Shown one piece after another: positions 26,943-36,795 of a stretch of DNA of 64,000 nucleotides. Both the position numbers and the translations under genes were made by a program. The stretch covers positions 74,648,001 through 74,712,000 of the forward strand of contig OX597814.1 in assembly GCA_951406725.2 (NCBI GenBank), given 5' to 3'. Every line of letters starts with the position of its first letter. The stretch's first letter is position 1. The notes below the pieces were generated by a model. It had not been told where the DNA came from and did not search any database. It worked only from the letters and a program-made list of their open reading frames with translations. This DNA is from Octopus vulgaris (taxonomy: Eukaryota).

Positions 26943-28728
26943 TGCGTTTTTTTCGGCTCCCGTGTTTTTTTGAGTTAGTTAGTTAGAGTTATTCTGGTGT
27001 GTTTATTCTGGTGTGTTTATTTCGAGTAAAGAGGTTGTGAGTTCGAGTTCGTTGGAGGACGTGGAAAAATTTTTTCTTGAAAATGCAAGAGCAGACTTAC
27101 GCGCGAGCGGCAGGCAGAGGCCTGGTTGCCGGTGAACTGGAAATGGAGGAGGTGATGGTCGAACAGAAGACTTTACAGAAGTATTTCGACAGTTTAAAGA
27201 GGGAGGGTGACTGTGTGATAGTCACACCGTCCGAGGAGGAGGAAAGCAGTGCAGAGAAGCGTACTATAACGTACAGGACGTGGTGCGTGGAGTCGAAGAA
27301 GATTGAAGTAGCGGAAATGGAAGAAGTGGAAAGGTGTCTGAAGGAAATTGAGGGTGAACCAGCATTTTTTAAAAGAGGAAGGAAGTATGCCACGGTAGTG
27401 GTGTATTTTAAAACAGAAGAGGAGGCAAAAAAGAACGCTACAAGAATTTTGAAATCGGATAAGTGGACTTTGCTACCAAGTTACTGCGGAAGGAGAGCAG
27501 TGAGGATGAGAATCAATAGAATCTCACCCGAATTTAATATGGAAAGGTTGCTGGCAGCAGTGCTGTTTAACTGCAAGGATGATGTGGAGGTACTGAAGGT
27601 GGAGAAGTCAGCAGAGGTGAAGTGGTGGGGATATACGGCACACATAACCGTGCGAGACCTGTACAACATCCCGGAGGAGTTGGTCTACCCTGACGAAACA
27701 CGGCTCCGAGTTGTGGTAGAGGGAAGACCCCCAATTTGCTATAACTGTAAATCGAGGGGCCACATGAAGGATGTGTGCCCGCGAGAAAAAACAAAAGCAC
27801 CAGAGGTTGTGATAGAGGAGTGTAAAGAAGCGTGTGTGGAGGAAGCGAAAGCGGAGGAAACACAAATGGAGGAGCAGTTAAATGAGGAAGAACGAGCAAG
27901 TGCAGAAGAGGAAAAAACAGAAGACAAGAAGAGATCAAGGGTGGAATCACCACCGAAAGATATAAAAAAGAAAAAAATCAAAAGCAAGATAGCAGAAGAG
28001 AGAGAAGAGAAAAAAGAACAGGAAGTAAAAGAAAAGGTGAGAGAGCGACCAAGGACAGAGTTTGAACAAGAATGGGAGACAAGAGTGAACGAACAATTGG
28101 AATCGTGTAAATATGGAAGAAGGCCTACAGGAAAAAACTTGAAGGCAGTTGTGATGTATATCAAGAATACAGAAGTGGAAAAGAGACTTGTAGGTAAGAA
28201 AGGGTTGGTCAGGGTGAAGGTGAACCCAAAACTGTATGGTGAAGATGTAAAAGGCGTCATTATAGACAAGGAGACATACACAAAATTAAAAAAGATATAT
28301 CATGCTATGCATATAATGCATTATGTACGGTATGATAAATTACCAGATGTAATAGATCAAACGGACCTATTGGATTATATGACGGACGAGTGTCTAATGT
28401 AAAAGAATTAGAATTGTTACTTGTAAAATTATTTGATGTAAAGTTGTGTTTTTGAACAGGAATATATGTAATGTTAACATGTAAAATTGTAAAATTATTG
28501 TACTGTGAACTGGAATATATGTAACTGTAAAATTGTATTTTGAACTGGAATATATGAAATGTATAATTGTATTTTAAACGGAACTGCGAGTTGGGGGTTC
28601 GTAAGCCGTTCCATCTCATTACATATAAATTCATCTTTTACTTCATATTTTATTTTTACTTTATGTACCCCATGTCCCGTCTTGTAATGTCCCCCTCTTC
28701 GTGGCCCCTTGTGGGTAATAAAAAAATC
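26943..28728 (+). mobile_element. ORF1-only retroelement, unit A
   Basis: Starts gcgtttttttcggctc; single ORF; ends tgtccccctcttcgtggccccttgtgggtaataaaaaaatc. Confidence 0.85.
27083..28402 (+). CDS. LINE ORF1p-like protein (RRM-like region, CCHC zinc knuckle, charged linker), 439 aa from the first ATG
   Basis: Open frame; VEGRPPICYNCKSRGHMKDVC (CX2CX4HX4C); LLPSY.GRR motif shared with ORF1 of the autonomous LINE. Confidence 0.88.
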   Translation: MQEQTYARAAGRGLVAGELEMEEVMVEQKTLQKYFDSLKREGDCVIVTPSEEEESSAEKRTITYRTWCVESKKIEVAEMEEVERCLKEIEGEPAFFKRGRKYATVVVYFKTEEEAKKNATRILKSDKWTLLPSYCGRRAVRMRINRISPEFNMERLLAAVLFNCKDDVEVLKVEKSAEVKWWGYTAHITVRDLYNIPEELVYPDETRLRVVVEGRPPICYNCKSRGHMKDVCPREKTKAPEVVIEECKEACVEEAKAEETQMEEQLNEEERASAEEEKTEDKKRSRVESPPKDIKKKKIKSKIAEEREEKKEQEVKEKVRERPRTEFEQEWETRVNEQLESCKYGRRPTGKNLKAVVMYIKNTEVEKRLVGKKGLVRVKVNPKLYGEDVKGVIIDKETYTKLKKIYHAMHIMHYVRYDKLPDVIDQTDLLDYMTDECLM

Positions 28729-30403
28729 GCGTTTTTTTCGGCTCTGTGTTTTTTGCTCTCTGTGGAATTCGGTAAAAAGAAAAAAGAACAAAAAGTGAAT
28801 GGTTGTTGTTGTAAAATTTTGAACATAGTTGATGCGGTTTCGCGTCTCACTGGTTCTGCGCGTTACACTTTTTCGGTTCGGGAGGCCGTTTCTCGGCCGG
28901 AGGCGACTATGAGCCGCCTCCATCAAGCGGAGGAGATGGAAGGGAGATTTTACTCTGAAATTTCGACGGAAGTATCGACATCTGAGGAGGAGTTGGCGGT
29001 GAAAAAGATGGAAGGCACCTACGCAGGTGTAACGAAGAAGTCAACGGAAAGAGAGATAGACTTGGCTAAGTTGGCGGGCCTCCAGGAGTTTGTGAAGGAG
29101 GACGAGAACGGTGAAGTCGAGCTGCTGCATCCAGTAGGGCGCGGAGACTGGTTCCATCGTAGAACCATTAAATATAAAGTATTTATGAATGGAGGTAGAA
29201 AGATGGAAGTAATCAACATGGAAGCAATTGAAGAGGCTCTCAAGCAGACAGGAGAGGAAATTGTGTACATGACAAAAGGATTACAATACGGAACGATAAC
29301 GGTGCAATTTAAAAGCGAAAAAGCAGCCAGGAATGTAGCAGCCAAGGTGGTGAGTACAGAAAAGATTTACTTGTTACCCTCGTATCTGAATAGGCGGACA
29401 ACTAGAATTAGGGTGGAGGGAATACCTCCACACCTAGAGGGCGAATTAATAACGGCTGCGGTTATAAAAGGAAATGAAGATAAAGTGGACATCCTCCACG
29501 CCATTATGAAGTATGAAGGCGTGAGAGGTGCCACACTAGTTATGAACATTCAAGCGGAGGCGGATGTTATAGAGAGGATTACGGACAGCATAAAAACTGG
29601 AAATATTATTATGAGAGTGTGGGTGGAGGGTAGGGCGCCCAGGTGCTACAAGTGTGGCCAAAGGGGTCACATAAGAGCCTACTGCCCTCCCCCACCAAAG
29701 GAAAAAGAAAAGGAAAGCGTTGAGGAAGCCTCGGGAGAGGAAGAAAATAAACAGAAACAAACAGAGAAGGAAACGACAGAAGAAGAGGAGATGCAACAAG
29801 AGTGGAAAGAAGCGGGAACAAAGAGAAAAAGAAGGAAAAAGAAAAACTGTGCGAAGCCCCAACCCACCCCGACACCACCCATACCCTTGGAGTCCCATCC
29901 TTCCCCTGCAAACAGTAATTCCACCCACTCCCCGCCTACAAGAAAAATAAAAACAGACACACAGAGCAAAGAAAGTCCCAAGACCCATTTTTTATGTGTT
30001 ATACATGGGAAAGACATACAAAACGTTAAAAAACTGGTGTTAACCAAGTGGTACGAACACGAAGATTGGAGCTACACGGCTGTGGATAGTGATGATACGG
30101 GTATATTGGCGACAAGGTTAGAGGAAGAGGGTGTGTGTTGGAAGTCAGTGGAAATGAAAGATGAATGGATAGAGAGGGCTAAAAGAAAAACGAATGTTGT
30201 GATAGGTGAAACAGGAATACTAATTGGAAATGGGTGAAGAAGGACAGACAAGTGATGCTGGCGGATGGGGCCGTCGGTATCACTCTCATATATCATTTTT
30301 CATATTCCATTTTGCTCATATATATGTAATTGTGATGTTCCATGTCCCCATGTCTTGTAATGTCCCCCTCTTCGTTGGCCCCTTGTGGGTAATAAAGAAT
30401 CAT
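28729..30403 (+). mobile_element. ORF1-only retroelement, unit B
   Basis: Same 5' gcgtttttttcggctc and 3' ggccccttgtgggtaataaagaatc termini. Confidence 0.85.
28909..30237 (+). CDS. LINE ORF1p-like zinc-knuckle protein, ~442 aa
   Basis: First ATG inside the unit at 28909 (the ORF track's 28567 start runs through the previous unit's tail); VEGRAPRCYKCGQRGHIRAYC. Confidence 0.87.
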   Translation: MSRLHQAEEMEGRFYSEISTEVSTSEEELAVKKMEGTYAGVTKKSTEREIDLAKLAGLQEFVKEDENGEVELLHPVGRGDWFHRRTIKYKVFMNGGRKMEVINMEAIEEALKQTGEEIVYMTKGLQYGTITVQFKSEKAARNVAAKVVSTEKIYLLPSYLNRRTTRIRVEGIPPHLEGELITAAVIKGNEDKVDILHAIMKYEGVRGATLVMNIQAEADVIERITDSIKTGNIIMRVWVEGRAPRCYKCGQRGHIRAYCPPPPKEKEKESVEEASGEEENKQKQTEKETTEEEEMQQEWKEAGTKRKRRKKKNCAKPQPTPTPPIPLESHPSPANSNSTHSPPTRKIKTDTQSKESPKTHFLCVIHGKDIQNVKKLVLTKWYEHEDWSYTAVDSDDTGILATRLEEEGVCWKSVEMKDEWIERAKRKTNVVIGETGILIGNG

Positions 30404-32138
30404 GCGTTTTTTCGGCTCCTGAAAATTCGGTAAAAAAGAACAAAAAGCGTTGTTGTTGTTGTGGAAATTCTGAACGGCGTTGACGCGGTTTCGCGTTTCG
30501 CTCGTTCAGCGCGTTACACTTTTTCTGTTTTGGCGGCCGTTCTCGGTCTGTCAGACAGAAGGAAATGGACTATGAGTCTCTAACAGACTTGTCCACGACA
30601 GATGAGGAACTGGAACAGGCAATTGCAATGAAGCTGATGGAAGAAAAGGCTGGAATTTTCGAGTCTTTATCAGACCTGCCTACGTCTGAGAAAGAGCTAG
30701 AAATGGCAGCAAGGAATTTGGAAGAGAAGCTGGGTTATACCTATGCCGGTGTAACCAAGAAGGCGGAAGAGAAAGGGGTAGACATGGCCAAGTTGCCAAG
30801 TTACCAGAAATACATGAAAAAGGAAAGCGGTGAGGTGGAACTATCACCGACACCCAGGAGAAAAGAATGGTATGATAAGAGGACCATTAGTTACAGGGTG
30901 TTCGCAAACGAAAGGAAGAGGGCAGAAGTTGTAACCATGGAATGGATAGAGGAGGCCCTGCGAAGAACTGAGGAGGAAATAAATTTTCTGACTCGAGGAT
31001 CCAAGTACGGTACCGTAGTTGTGCATTTCAAAACTGAGTCTGCAGCGAGGAAGATGGCGGCGAAGCCGGTGAAGTCAGAAAAGGTAACCCTATTACCTAC
31101 GTATTTAAACAGGAGGATTACACGAATAAGGGTGGAGGGAGTGCCACCAAACGTGGAGGCAGAATGGATTGTGGCGGCTGTGATCAGCGGCCACGAGGAC
31201 GAAGTGGATATTCTCCATGCCTCGGTTAAGTCCGAGGGCTGGAGAGGCGTAACGGTGGAGCTGAACGTACAGGCAGAGACCGAGGTACTGGTGGACCTGA
31301 CGGAAAGCATCAGACTGGGAGACGTGATCATGAGAGTGTGGGTGGAGGGCAGGGCTCCACGTTGTTACAAGTGTGGCCTGAGGGGTCACATAAGAGCCTT
31401 CTGCCCTCCCCCAGGGAAAGAAATGGATTCCGAACCAGAGAGAGAGAAGCAGAAACCAGAGGAGAAGGAAACAGAGGAAGAGAATACACAGAAATGGAAG
31501 GAAGTTGGAAGTAAGAGGAAGAGAAGAATACGTGGAAAAAAAGAAAATAATATGGAACTCCAATCTCCCCAAAACCTCCCACACCCTCTGAGTCCCACCC
31601 TATCCATGCAGACATTGAACCCACCCGCTCCCCACCAACAAGAAAACAAAAGAAAAAAAAGAATACACACACACAAGAGATTGAAATCGAACCCAGGCCG
31701 TACATTTGTACTATGACTGAACAGAGGGAAGTTAAAAGTCTAATGGAAGAGTATAAACGGTATGATGTTGGAGAGACTAGGTATGCTGTGATTGAAAAAA
31801 AGAACATAGGTGAGTTTATGGGGAGGTGTGAAAAGGAAAATTGGGAGGTGAAAGATATAAGAATGAGCGATGAATTCGTGGAAAATATGAATGAGTATTT
31901 CGGAGTAAGAATGGATATGGAATTTATTCATATTGGCAAAGAACATTCAAGTGACTATGAAAAACAAAGGACAGGTAAGTGATGCTGACGGACGGGGCCG
32001 TTGGTATCGCTTTCATTTTATCATTTTTTTTTCGTTTAACAATTCATGTTCATAAAGTTTAATTATAATGTTCTATGTCCCCATGTTTTGTGATGTCCGC
32101 CATTCTTCGTAGCCCCTTAGTGGGTAATAAAGAAATAC
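30404..32138 (+). mobile_element. ORF1-only retroelement, unit C
   Basis: Same termini; near-identical to unit E. Confidence 0.87.
30565..31982 (+). CDS. LINE ORF1p-like zinc-knuckle protein with frameshift(s) near 31565-31640 (ORFs 30565-31716 and 31713-31982 are one gene)
   Basis: CYKCGLRGHIRAFC; comparison with B and E shows the frame should continue STPKPPTPSESHP...YICTMTEQ...QRTGK*; the indels lie in or next to C/A runs. Confidence 0.8.
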
Positions 32139-34819
32139 GCGTTTTTTTGCGCTCTGTAAAATTCGGTAAAAAAGAACAAAAAGCGTTGTTGTTGTTGTGG
32201 AAATTCTGAACGGCGTTGATGCGGTATCGCGTTTCGCTCGTTCTGCGCGTTACACTTTTTCTGTTTTGGCGGCCGTTTTCGGTCTGTCAGACAGAAGGAA
32301 ATGGACTATGAGTCTCTAACAGACTTGTCCACGACAGATGAGGAACTGGAACAGGCAATTACAATGAAGCTGATGGAAGAAAAGGCTGGAGTTTTCGAGT
32401 CTTTATCAGACTTGTCTACGTCTGAGAAGGAGCTAGAAATGGCAGCAAGGAAATTGGAAGAGAAGCTGGGATATACCTACGCCGGTGTAACCAAGAAGGC
32501 GGAAGAGAAAGGGGTCGACATGGCCAAGCTGCCAAGTTACCAGAAATACATGAAAAAGGAAAGCGGTGAGGTGGAACTATCACCGACACCCAGGAGAAAA
32601 GAATGGTATGATAAGAGGACCATTGTTTACAGGGTGTTCGCAAACGAAAGGAAGAGGGTAGAAGTTGTAACCATGGAATGGATAGAGGAAGCCCTGAGAA
32701 GAACTGAGGAGGAAATAAATTTTCTGACTCGAGGATCCAAGTACGGTACCGTTGTGGTACATTTTAAAAGTGAATCTGCAGCGAGGAAGATGGCGGCGAA
32801 GGCGGTGAAGTCAGAAAAGGTAACACTGTTACCTACGTATTTAAACAGGAGGATTACACGAATAAGGGTGGAGGGAGTGCCACCAAACGTGGAGGCAGAG
32901 TGGATTGTGGCGGCTGTGATCAGCGGCCACGAGGTGATTTTTTATTACCCACTAAGGGGCGACACAGAGGGGGACAACAAAAGACATGGGGACATAGAAC
33001 ATTATAATTAAACTTTATGAACATGTATTGTTAAACGAAAAAAAATGATAAAATGAAAGCGATACCAACGGCCCCGTCCGTCAGCATCACTTACCTGTCC
33101 TTTGTTTTTCATAGTCACTTGAATGTTCTTTGCCAATACGAATAAATTCCATATCCATTCTTACTCCGAAATACTCATTCATATTTTCCACGAATTCATC
33201 GCTCATTCTTATATCTTTCACCTCCCAATTCTCCCTTTCACACCTCCCCATAAACTCACCTATGTTCTTCTTTTCAATCACAGCATACCTAGTCTCTCCA
33301 ACATCATACCATTTATACTCTTCCATTAGACTTTTAACTTCCTCTGTTCAGTCATAGTACAAATGTACGGCCTGGGTTCGATTTCAATCTCTTGTGTGTG
33401 TGTATTCTTTTTTTTCTTTTGTTTTCTTGTTGGGGGGAGCGGGTGGGTTCAATGTCTGCATGGATAGGGTGGGACTCAGAGGGTGTGGGAGGTTTTGGGG
33501 TAGATTGGAGTTCCATATTATTTTCTTTTTTCCACATATTCTTCTCTTCCTCTTACTTCCAGCTTCCTTCCATTTCTGTGTATTCTCTTCCTCTGTTTCC
33601 TTCTCCTCTGGTTTCTGCTTCTCTCTCTCTGGTTCGGGATCCATTTCTTTCCCTGGGGAGGGCAGAAGGCTCTTATGTGACCCCTCAGGCCACACTTGTA
33701 ACAACGTGGAGCCCTGCCCTCCACCCACACTCTCATGATCACTTCTCCCAGTCTGATGCTTTCCGTCAGGTCCACCAGTACCTCGGTCTCTGCCTGTACG
33801 TTCAGCTCCACTGTTACGCCTCTCCAGCCCTCGGACTTAACCGAGGCATGGAGAATATCCACTTCGTCCTCGTGGCCGAAGTGGATATTCTCCATGCCTC
33901 GGTTAAGTCCGAGGGCTGGAGAGGCGTAACAGTGGAGCTGAACGTACAGGCAGAGACCGAGGTACTGGTGGACCTGACGGAAAGCATCAGACTGGGAGAA
34001 GTGATCATGAGAGTGTGGGTGGAGGGCAGGGCTCCACGTTGTTACAAGTGTGGCCTGAGGGGTCACATAAGAGCCTTCTGCCCTCCCCCAGGGAAAGAAA
34101 TGGATTCCGAACCACAGAGAGAGAAGCAGAAACCAGAGGAGAAGGAGACAGTAGAAGAGGAAGAGAATACACAGAAATGGAAGGAAGTTGGAAATAAGAG
34201 GAAGAGAAGAATGCGAGAAAAAAAAAAGAAAATAACATGGAACACCAATCTACCCCAAAACCACCCACACCCTCTGAGTCCCACCCTATCCATGCAGACA
34301 TTGAACCCACCCGCTCCCCCCAACAAGAAAACAAAAGAAAAAAGAGAATACATACAGACAAGAGATTGAAGTTGATATCAGGCCGTACATTTGTACTATG
34401 ACTGAACAGAAAGAAGTTAAAAGTCTAATGGAAGAGTATAAATGGTATGAAGTTGGTGAGACTAGGTATGCTGTGATTGAAAAGAAGAACATAGGTGAGT
34501 TTATGGGGAGGTGTGAAAGGGAGAATTGGGAGGTGAAAGATATAAGAATGAGCGATGAATTCGTGGAAAATATGGATGAGTATTTCGGAGTAAGAATGGA
34601 TATGGAATTTATTCGTATTGGCAAAGAACATTCAAGGGACGATGAAAAACAAAGGACAGGTAAGTGATGCTGACGGATGGGGCCGCTGGTATCGCTTTCA
34701 TAATATCATTTTCTTTCACTTAACAATTCATTTTTCATAAATTTTAATTATAATGTTCTATGTCCCCATGTCTTTTGGTGTCCCCCTCTGTGTCGCCCCT
34801 AGTGGGTAATAAAGAAATA
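32139..34819 (+). mobile_element. ORF1-only unit D: forward 5' part (32139-32934), inverted 3' half (32935-33877), forward 3' half (33878-34819)
   Basis: ORF 32301 breaks at ...VISGHE into tgatttttttattacccactaagggg (reverse-complement tail); palindrome centre ccacttcg-tcctcgtggc-cgaagtgg. Confidence 0.9.
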
Positions 34820-34850
34820 CTATAAAGTATACAATGTAGAGAAAAAAGGT
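34820..34850 (+). repeat. Right copy of the 31-32 bp target-site duplication (left copy 26911-26942)
   Basis: ctataaagtatacaatgtagag(g)aaaaaaggt at both positions, differing by a single G indel. Confidence 0.9.
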
Positions 34851-36564
34851 CGTGTTTTTTTCGGCTCCTGAAATTCGGTAAAAAAGAACAAAAAGCGTTG
34901 TTGTTGTTGTGGAAATTCTGAACGGCGTTGACGCGGTTTCGCGTTTCGCTCGTTCAGCGCGTTACACTTTTTCTGTTTTGGCGGCCGTTCTCGGTCTGTC
35001 AGACAGAAGGAAATGGACTATGAGTCTCTAACAGACTTGTCCACGACAGATGAGGAACTGGAACAGGCAATTGCAATGAAGCTGATGGAAGAAAAGGCTG
35101 GAATTTTCGAGTCTTTATCAGACCTGCCTACGTCTGAGAAAGAGCTAGAAATGGCAGCAAGGAATTTGGAAGAGAAGCTGGGTTATACCTATGCCGGTGT
35201 AACCAAGAAGGCGGAAGAGAAAGGGGTAGACATGGCCAAGTTGCCAAGTTACCAGAAATACATGAAAAAGGAAAGCGGTGAGGTGGAACTATCACCGACA
35301 CCCAGGAGAAAAGAATGGTATGATAAGAGGACCATTAGTTACAGGGTGTTCGCAAACGAAAGGAAGAGGGCAGAAGTTGTAACCATGGAATGGATAGAGG
35401 AGGCCCTGCGAAGAACTGAGGAGGAAATAAATTTTCTGACTCGAGGATCCAAGTACGGTACCGTAGTTGTGCATTTCAAAACTGAGTCTGCAGCGAGGAA
35501 GATGGCGGCGAAGCCGGTGAAGTCAGAAAAGGTAACCCTATTACCTACGTATTTAAACAGGAGGATTACACGAATAAGGGTGGAGGGAGTGCCACCAAAC
35601 GTGGAGGCAGAATGGATTGTGGCGGCTGTGATCAGCGGCCACGAGGACGAAGTGGATATTCTCCATGCCTCGGTTAAGTCCGAGGGCTGGAGAGGCGTAA
35701 CAGTGGAGCTGAACGTACAGGCAGAGACCGAGGTACTGGTGGACCTGACGGAAAGCATCAGACTGGGAGACGTGATCATGAGAGTGTGGGTGGAGGGCAG
35801 GGCTCCACGTTGTTACAAGTGTGGCCTGAGGGGTCACATAAGAGCCTTCTGCCCTCCCCCAGGGAAAGAAATGGATTCCGAACCAGAGGAGAAGGAAACA
35901 GAGGAAGAGAATACACAGAAATGGAAGGAAGTTGGAAGTAAGAGGAAGAGAAGAATACGTGGAAAAAAAGAAAATAATATGGAACTCCAATCTACCCCAA
36001 AACCACCCACACCCTCTGAGTCCCACCCTATCCATGCAGACATTGAGCCCACCCGCTCCCCCCCCAACAAGAAAACAAAAGAAAAAAAAGAATACACACA
36101 CACAAGAGATTGAAAGCGAACCCAGGCCGTACATTTGTACTATGACTGAACAGAAAGAAGTTAAAAGTCTAATGGAAGAGTATAAATGGTATGATGTTGG
36201 AGAGACTAGGTATGCTGTGATTGAAAAGAAGAACATAGGTGAGTTTATGGGGAGGTGGGAAAGGGAGAATTGGGAGGTGAAAGATATAAGAATGAGCGAT
36301 GAATTCGTGGAAAATATGGATGAGTATTTCGGAGTAAGAATGGATATGGAATTTATTCGTGTTGGCAAAGAACATTCAAGTGACTATGAAAAACAAAGGA
36401 CAAGTAAGTGATGCTGACGGACGGGGCCGTTGGTATCGCTTTCATTTTATCATTTTTTTCGTTTAACAATTCATGTTCATAAAGTTTAATTATAATGTTC
36501 TATGTCCCCATGTTTTGTTATGTCCGCCATTCTTCGTAGCCCCTTAGTGGGTAATAAAGAAATC
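34851..36564 (+). mobile_element. ORF1-only retroelement, unit E
   Basis: Same termini; ORF1 matches unit C over the N-terminal ~290 aa, with a 21-bp deletion (REKQKPE). Confidence 0.87.
35013..36411 (+). CDS. LINE ORF1p-like zinc-knuckle protein, frameshifted in a poly-C run at ~36058-36065
   Basis: ORFs 35013-36113 and 35932-36411 join at the homopolymer; this may be a sequencing error or a real indel. Confidence 0.8.
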
Positions 36565-36795
36565 ACATGGAGGAAATCAATTTTTTGCGTTAGTAGTAAG
36601 TTGATATATATTTTTGCTCTCATACTACTTATCTCTGTTATTATATACTGTTGGTCTACCTTTTTTTGTCCATTGTTGTCGAACTGACGAAGTCAACCTT
36701 CGCGCGAAGACTTCGCGTTGGTGTTCCCCCCTCAGTGGGGGAAAACTACAATTAATTTAGATTTACCAAAGGCTTGTTAAAGCCATTTGTTCAAG

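Noticed and set aside
28567-28908. N-terminal hydrophobic extension of the 556-aa ORF
   Set aside because: It starts at a non-ATG codon and reads through unit A's 3' tail and unit B's 5' UTR; the homologous ORF1 begins at 28909 or 28936.
33392-34369. 325-aa ORF and other ORFs crossing the palindrome
   Set aside because: Chimeras of antisense and sense ORF1 created by the inversion.
26943-36564. LTR-retrotransposon gag genes or a host zinc-finger gene cluster
   Set aside because: No LTRs, PBS or protease, and no introns; the proteins and 3' tails match the adjacent LINE.
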